The notes beneath the pieces are model-generated. The model made no database searches and was not told where the DNA came from. It saw nothing but the letters and a program-made list of their open reading frames with translations. From Eledone cirrhosa (Eukaryota), in NCBI GenBank assembly GCA_964016885.1, contig OZ024742.1:248124001-248188000 (forward strand): DNA of 64,000 nucleotides, in the 5' to 3' direction. Below are positions 58,720 through 64,000 of the stretch, piece after piece (positions within the stretch are counted from its first letter, which is position 1; each line of letters opens with the position of its first letter). The position numbers and the translations under genes were made by a program.

Positions 58720-60110
58720 CCTATACTGAAACATTTCAGCGATGAAATCCATATTGAACTTGGAATGGACAAGGATGCAAAAGCCACATACAAGAGAGGT
58801 TTGCTCTGCAACTATTATGATATGGTCATAGACCAACATACCACCATAAACAACTTAACAATTAAGAGCTCTACAAACATCTTGGAGTTAATGAAGGGGG
58901 TGGAGTGCAACGTGCAAGTATGAAGTAAAAGATACGTGAGTAATACATAAACGTGGGCTAATTGCCCGCAAGAGTTCCAAGCCATTAACAGACTAACAGT
59001 ACCAGTTTTAACATACAGCTTTAACGTCATAAACAGGAACCTGCAAGAACTACAAAGGTTGGACACTAAGACAAGGAAACTATTGACAACTGAAAAAATA
59101 CAAGACCCTAAAGATGGTGTATATAGGCTCTATATCTTAAGGAGAGGATGTGGAAGAGGCTCCGACAACTGGAAGCTGCATACAAAAGAAAAACCATTGG
59201 ATTAGAGAGCTACCCCCACTATACCTGAGAAGAATTCCTTATGTGTGTACTCAGCATGAACGAATTAAAAAATTAAACTCAATAACAAAAGAGGTGAGAA
59301 AATTTAGGCAAACACTGAACATAGTAGAAGACAAACCCATAGAAAATTAACAAGAGTGCTGAACAACTAGTTAGGACTGTGAAGATCAAAGCAAATAAAC
59401 TCCATAACTAAATCGTGAATGGAAGGCAAAACCACTACAGGGAAGATTCGCAGAACTACATTCTGACAATGATATCGATTAGCATGGCCCATTATCCTGG
59501 CTCAGTAGTGCTGGTTTGCGAGCAAAGCAGAAACCGAGGGACTTCGTTGCTGTACAAGACCAATTTCTTAACACTCGTTCCTATAGGCACAGACTAGTGA
59601 AGTATGGGACTAGCCCTCTATGCAGAATATGCTGTAAACATGAAGAAATGGTAGATTATGTTATCTCCGGGTGTCCAGAGCTAGCAAAACTGATTGTATG
59701 GAACCGCATTGCCAAATATGTGCACTGCATGCTCTGCCGTTCTCATGACATCCAAACCTTTGCGAAATGGTATGAACATCAACCAAAAACAATAATGGAA
59801 AATGGTAACATATACATATTATTAGATATGTCTGTGATAACTGATCGAGAAATCACTGCCAACAGACCAGATATCATCATACAAATTAAAATAGATGGGA
59901 CATTTAGCCTTATAGACATTGCTGAACTAGCTGACAAGAATACACCTGCAACAATGAAAAAGCTGTCAATGTACAAAGAAAAGACATGGAAAAAGAAATC
60001 AACCGCATGTGGATGATGATCACAAAAACTGTCCCTGTGGTAATATGAGCATTAGAATTAATACTAAAATCATCAGACCTGCAACTTAGCCTCCTTCATT
60101 GCAAGATTAG
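58720..60110 (+). mobile_element. Degraded R4/NeSL-like LINE with restriction-like endonuclease
   Basis: LDTKTRKLL, QDQ..TRSY, CRIC..EMVDYVISGCPEL, WYEHQP, NRPDII motifs; many disruptions. Confidence 0.8.
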
Positions 60111-60262
60111 TAAATATGAGCTACAGAATATCCGGTTACTAGCAACAGCACACATTCTTTCTCTACAATGAAAACCACTTTTCCTCTAGATTCAAGGCCT
60201 GAAACCGGCAATAGAGAAACAAATGAGTCTAAAGAAAATAATATAACAACAACAACAACAAC

Positions 60263-60298
<36 letters not shown>

Positions 60299-60299
<1 letters not shown>

Positions 60300-62097
60300 T
60301 GGTGCCTCATTTTTGGATCACCAAAAGCCTGGAGATCTTCAGGGTGGCAGATAACATCAGACAGTTGCTGGGCAGGAGTATGGGGTCCTGGGAGACAGAG
60401 TTGACATCAACTGGAGTATCCTTGGGAAGCGTGAAGATCAAGAGAGGTATCTTCCAGGGAGATAGCCTGTCCCCTCTGTTGTTTGTCCTTGCCCTGATGC
60501 CCTTGACCATTATGCTGCGAACAGTGAGAGCAGGATACAAGTTGGGAAAGGGAGAGCTTACCATCAATCACCTCCTCTTCATGGACGATCTTAAGCTCTT
60601 CAGGAAAGTGAGAAGGAGTTGGATGTGCTTGTTGACACTGTCCGTATTTTCAGCAGTCATATATGTATGCAGTTTGGTATTAGTAAATGTGGAGTCATTG
60701 TGATGAGGAGGGGTAGGTTGAGCAGAAGTAACGGAATCCAGATACCAACAGGTGAGATGATAAAGGAAATTGACTCTGAGGAAGGATACAAGTATTTGGG
60801 CGTTCTGGAGGCTGATGGCATAAAGAACAAAAAAAATGAAGGAATTGTTAAGAACTGAATACATTCGGAGAGTAAGGAGCGTATTGAAGTCACATCTGAA
60901 CAGCAGAAATGCCATAAGCGCAGTAAATTCCCGAGCTGTGTCTATTATTAGGTACAGTGCGGGAATTCTGAGATGGAATGTTGCTGAACAAAAAGAAATG
61001 GATAGGAAGACTAGGAAGCTATTGACTATCTACAACATGTTCCACAAGAGGAGTGATGTCGATAGACTCTACCTAAGGAGATCTGAGGGTGGAAGAGGTC
61101 TTATCAGCATAGAGGACTGTGTTCAGATGGAGAAAAACAACCTATACAAATACGTGACCTATAGTAAGGAGCCAATGCTCAGAACTGTACTGAAGGAGGG
61201 GACAGTAGGCCAGGGGATGTCCAAGGAGGAAATAACATCAAGGAGGAAGAGCAGCCTTAAGGGAAAATCCCTTCATAGTACCTTCTTTGAGAAAACTGAA
61301 TTTAGAGATCCACAGACATGGAACTGGTTGAGAAGAGGAGACCTCAAAAAGGCTACAGAAGGAATGCTAATGGCTGCGCAGGAGCAAGTCCTCAAAACGA
61401 AGTGGTTGAAGCACCATATTTACAAGGAGGAGGCTAGCCCACTGTGCAGGATCTGTGGAGAGAGAGAGGAGACTGTGGCTCACATTGTGTCCGAGTGTAA
61501 ACACCTAGCCCGGACCCACTATAAGGGCTGGAGACACGATGTGATGGGCAGGGTGATCCACTGGCACCTGTGCAAAGTAAACAATTTACCACATTCTGAG
61601 AAATGGTATGAGCATAGGCCAGAGGCGGTGATGGAGAACAATCAGGTGAAGGTGCTGTGGGATTTTAGGATACAGACGGACAAAAAACTGGAACACAATA
61701 GACCTGACCTGGTGGTTGTGGACAAAGAAAAAAGATCGTGTCTGATTGTGGATGTGGCCTGCCCTTTCGACACGAGAGTGCAAGAGAAGGAGAGGGAGAA
61801 AATTAACCGATACCAGGACCTAAAATGGGAGGTGAAAAGGATTTGGAACTGCCATGAAGTCAAAGTGATCCCGATTGTCATAGGCGCACTGGGGACTATC
61901 TCCAACAGTTTCCAGGGATGGTTAAAGAAAATCGGCCCCTTCACGCTTTTTGGAACGCTTCAAAAGGCATGCTTGCTGGGAACAGCAAGAACCCTCCGAT
62001 ACGTCCTGAATATCTGAGGCTGCAGGTAGTGGCTTGATATTCATTCCAACGGACTTTCCAGTTAACCAACATCAATGACTGAGATTCAAGGAATAAC
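60299..62097 (+). mobile_element. 5'-truncated R4/Dong-like LINE
   Basis: RT (RGIFQGDSLSPLLF, HLLFMDDLKL, YKYLG), CCHC (CRIC..HIVSEC), RHD, RPD..D..K endonuclease. Two frameshifts. (TAA)n on both flanks. Confidence 0.92.
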
Positions 62098-62100
62098 AAC

Positions 62101-62157
<57 letters not shown>

Positions 62158-62182
62158 TAAAAAAAAAAATAATAATAATAAT

Positions 62183-62548
62183 AAAGATCGTGCCTGTTTG
62201 TGGATGTGGCCTGCCCATTCGACACGAGAGTGCAAGAGAAGGAGAGGGAGAAAATTAACCGATACCAGGACTAAGAGTGGGGGGTAAAAAGGATTTGGAA
62301 CTGCCATGAAGTCAAGGTCGTCCCGATTGTCATAGGCGCACTAGGTACTATCTCAAAGAGTTTCCAAGGATGGTTAAAGAATATTGGCCCCGCCCCACTT
62401 TTTGGAACACTTCAAAAGGCATGCTTCCTGGGAACAGCAAGAACCCTCCGATACGTCCTGAATATCTGAAGCTGCAGGTAGTGGCTTGATATTCATTTCA
62501 ACACACTTTCCAGTCAACTAATATCAATGACTGAGACTTAAAGAACAA
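62183..62548 (+). mobile_element. Short 3' copy of the same R4/Dong-like LINE
   Basis: Matches ~61730-62097; flanked by (TAA)n. Confidence 0.9.
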
Positions 62549-62557
62549 TAATAATAA

Positions 62558-62735
62558 TAATTGTTTCTACTTTTGGCACAAGGCCAGCAATTACCCCAGT
62601 GTATTACTGGTACTTTATTTTATCGACCCCGTAAGGATGAAAGGCAAAGTTAACTTCGGCGGGATTTGAACTCTGAACATAAATGGCCATAACTCTTTGC
62701 TGCAAAGCATGGTGTCTGACCCTCTACCGATACTG
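62558..62735 (-). mobile_element. SINE family 1
   Basis: Homologous to the other copies; lies within (TAA)n. Confidence 0.85.
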
Positions 62736-62754
62736 AATAATAATAATAATAATC

Positions 62755-63095
62755 TTTCCCCTTTGACATGAGAGTGCAAGGAAAGGAGAGCGAGAAAATT
62801 AACCGATACCAGGACTTAAAGTTGGAGTTAAAAAGAACTTGGAACTGCTATGAAATCAAGGTCGTCCCGATTGTCATAGGCGCTCTAGATACTATCTCAA
62901 AGAGTTTCCAAGGATGGTTATAGAGATTAGTCCAGCCCAGCTTTTTGGAACACTTCAAAAGGCATGCTTGCTGGGAACAGCAAGAACCCTCCGATACGTC
63001 CTGAATATCTGAGGCTGCAGGTAGCGGCTTGATATTCATTTCAACAAACTTTCCAGTTAAATAACATCAATGACTGAGACTCAAACAACAATAAT
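62755..63095 (+). mobile_element. Third 3' copy of the R4/Dong-like LINE
   Basis: Matches ~61762-62097. Confidence 0.9.
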
Positions 63096-63218
63096 CTTTA
63101 AATATCTTTTATTATTAAACGTCTCAATACGCCATTAGATGTTAAATTACGATGTTTTACAACAGCTGGAGTTTTCTGTTTTAATGTACCACACAAACAC
63201 ATAGACACACACACACAT

Positions 63219-63308
<90 letters not shown>

Positions 63309-64000
63309 GCACATACGTGCACACACGCAGAGAATTGCGCACAATCATATATAACGGATATAACAACACGTATACATACCACACATTGCAATATAAACAC
63401 ACTGCAAACTGCACACACACGGCAAATCTCCACAAACACACACACACTCGTCCATCACACATATACATGCACACATCCACCACGTACACACCGCCCCATA
63501 CGTACGCACATCAAACACACATTGGACACATGCACAGACACAACATTTCATACATACACCGCGTCCACATAACGAATAATCACATAACTGTTCTAAAATC
63601 TGTTCAAACCATTACTGCGTGTGTGTATTTTCTTTTAAAAATATTTTAGTGATATTTATAACATGTAAACATTATAAAAGTCTCCCATTCACTCTCGCTT
63701 TTTCTCTCGCTTTCTCTTGCTCTCTTAATTATCTGATTGTAATAGAGCCAAATAAATTCAAATTATTATACACGGTGTCAACCCATGTTTATTTCCTTCT
63801 CACCACTAATTTAATAACTGAAAATTGATATAAGCCGATAAATAAATAGTTGTTATTGAATGGAATGAGATGCAGTGTGTGAGGGCTGGCTGGGTAGGCT
63901 GGAATATTTTACAGTAAGCGGTTTTTTATTATATTTATTATTTGCTGAATAATCGCCATCTTTAATATGTAGTTCTGTTGTTTTGATTTGTTTCTTTATT

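Overview
AT-rich, microsatellite-saturated eukaryotic DNA. A cephalopod/octopus origin is my inference from composition and repeat types. I found no convincing host gene; most predicted ORFs are translations of (TA)n, (CA)n or (TTC)n. The window is a mosaic of retroelements. It holds Neptune-type Penelope-like elements (PLEs: RT, cysteine-rich linker, C-terminal GIY-YIG), Tx1/L1, RTE, CRE-like and R4/Dong-like LINEs, two tRNA-derived SINE families and Helentron-like ends. The main non-obvious signal is a set of more than 20 hammerhead ribozyme (HHR) motifs, intact or decayed, from many unrelated PLE-type terminal repeats. Many sit in fold-back palindromes inserted in (TA)n. Unrelated families share an ACTC-N(12-25)-GAGT(G/A)CT hairpin, and the short arm of each palindrome stops about 4-8 nt before it. 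One locus (38146-38745) carries four HHRs, two per strand, that would release a 237-nt unit on both polarities, a viroid-like layout. All coordinates and base pairings were read by eye and may be off by a few bases.
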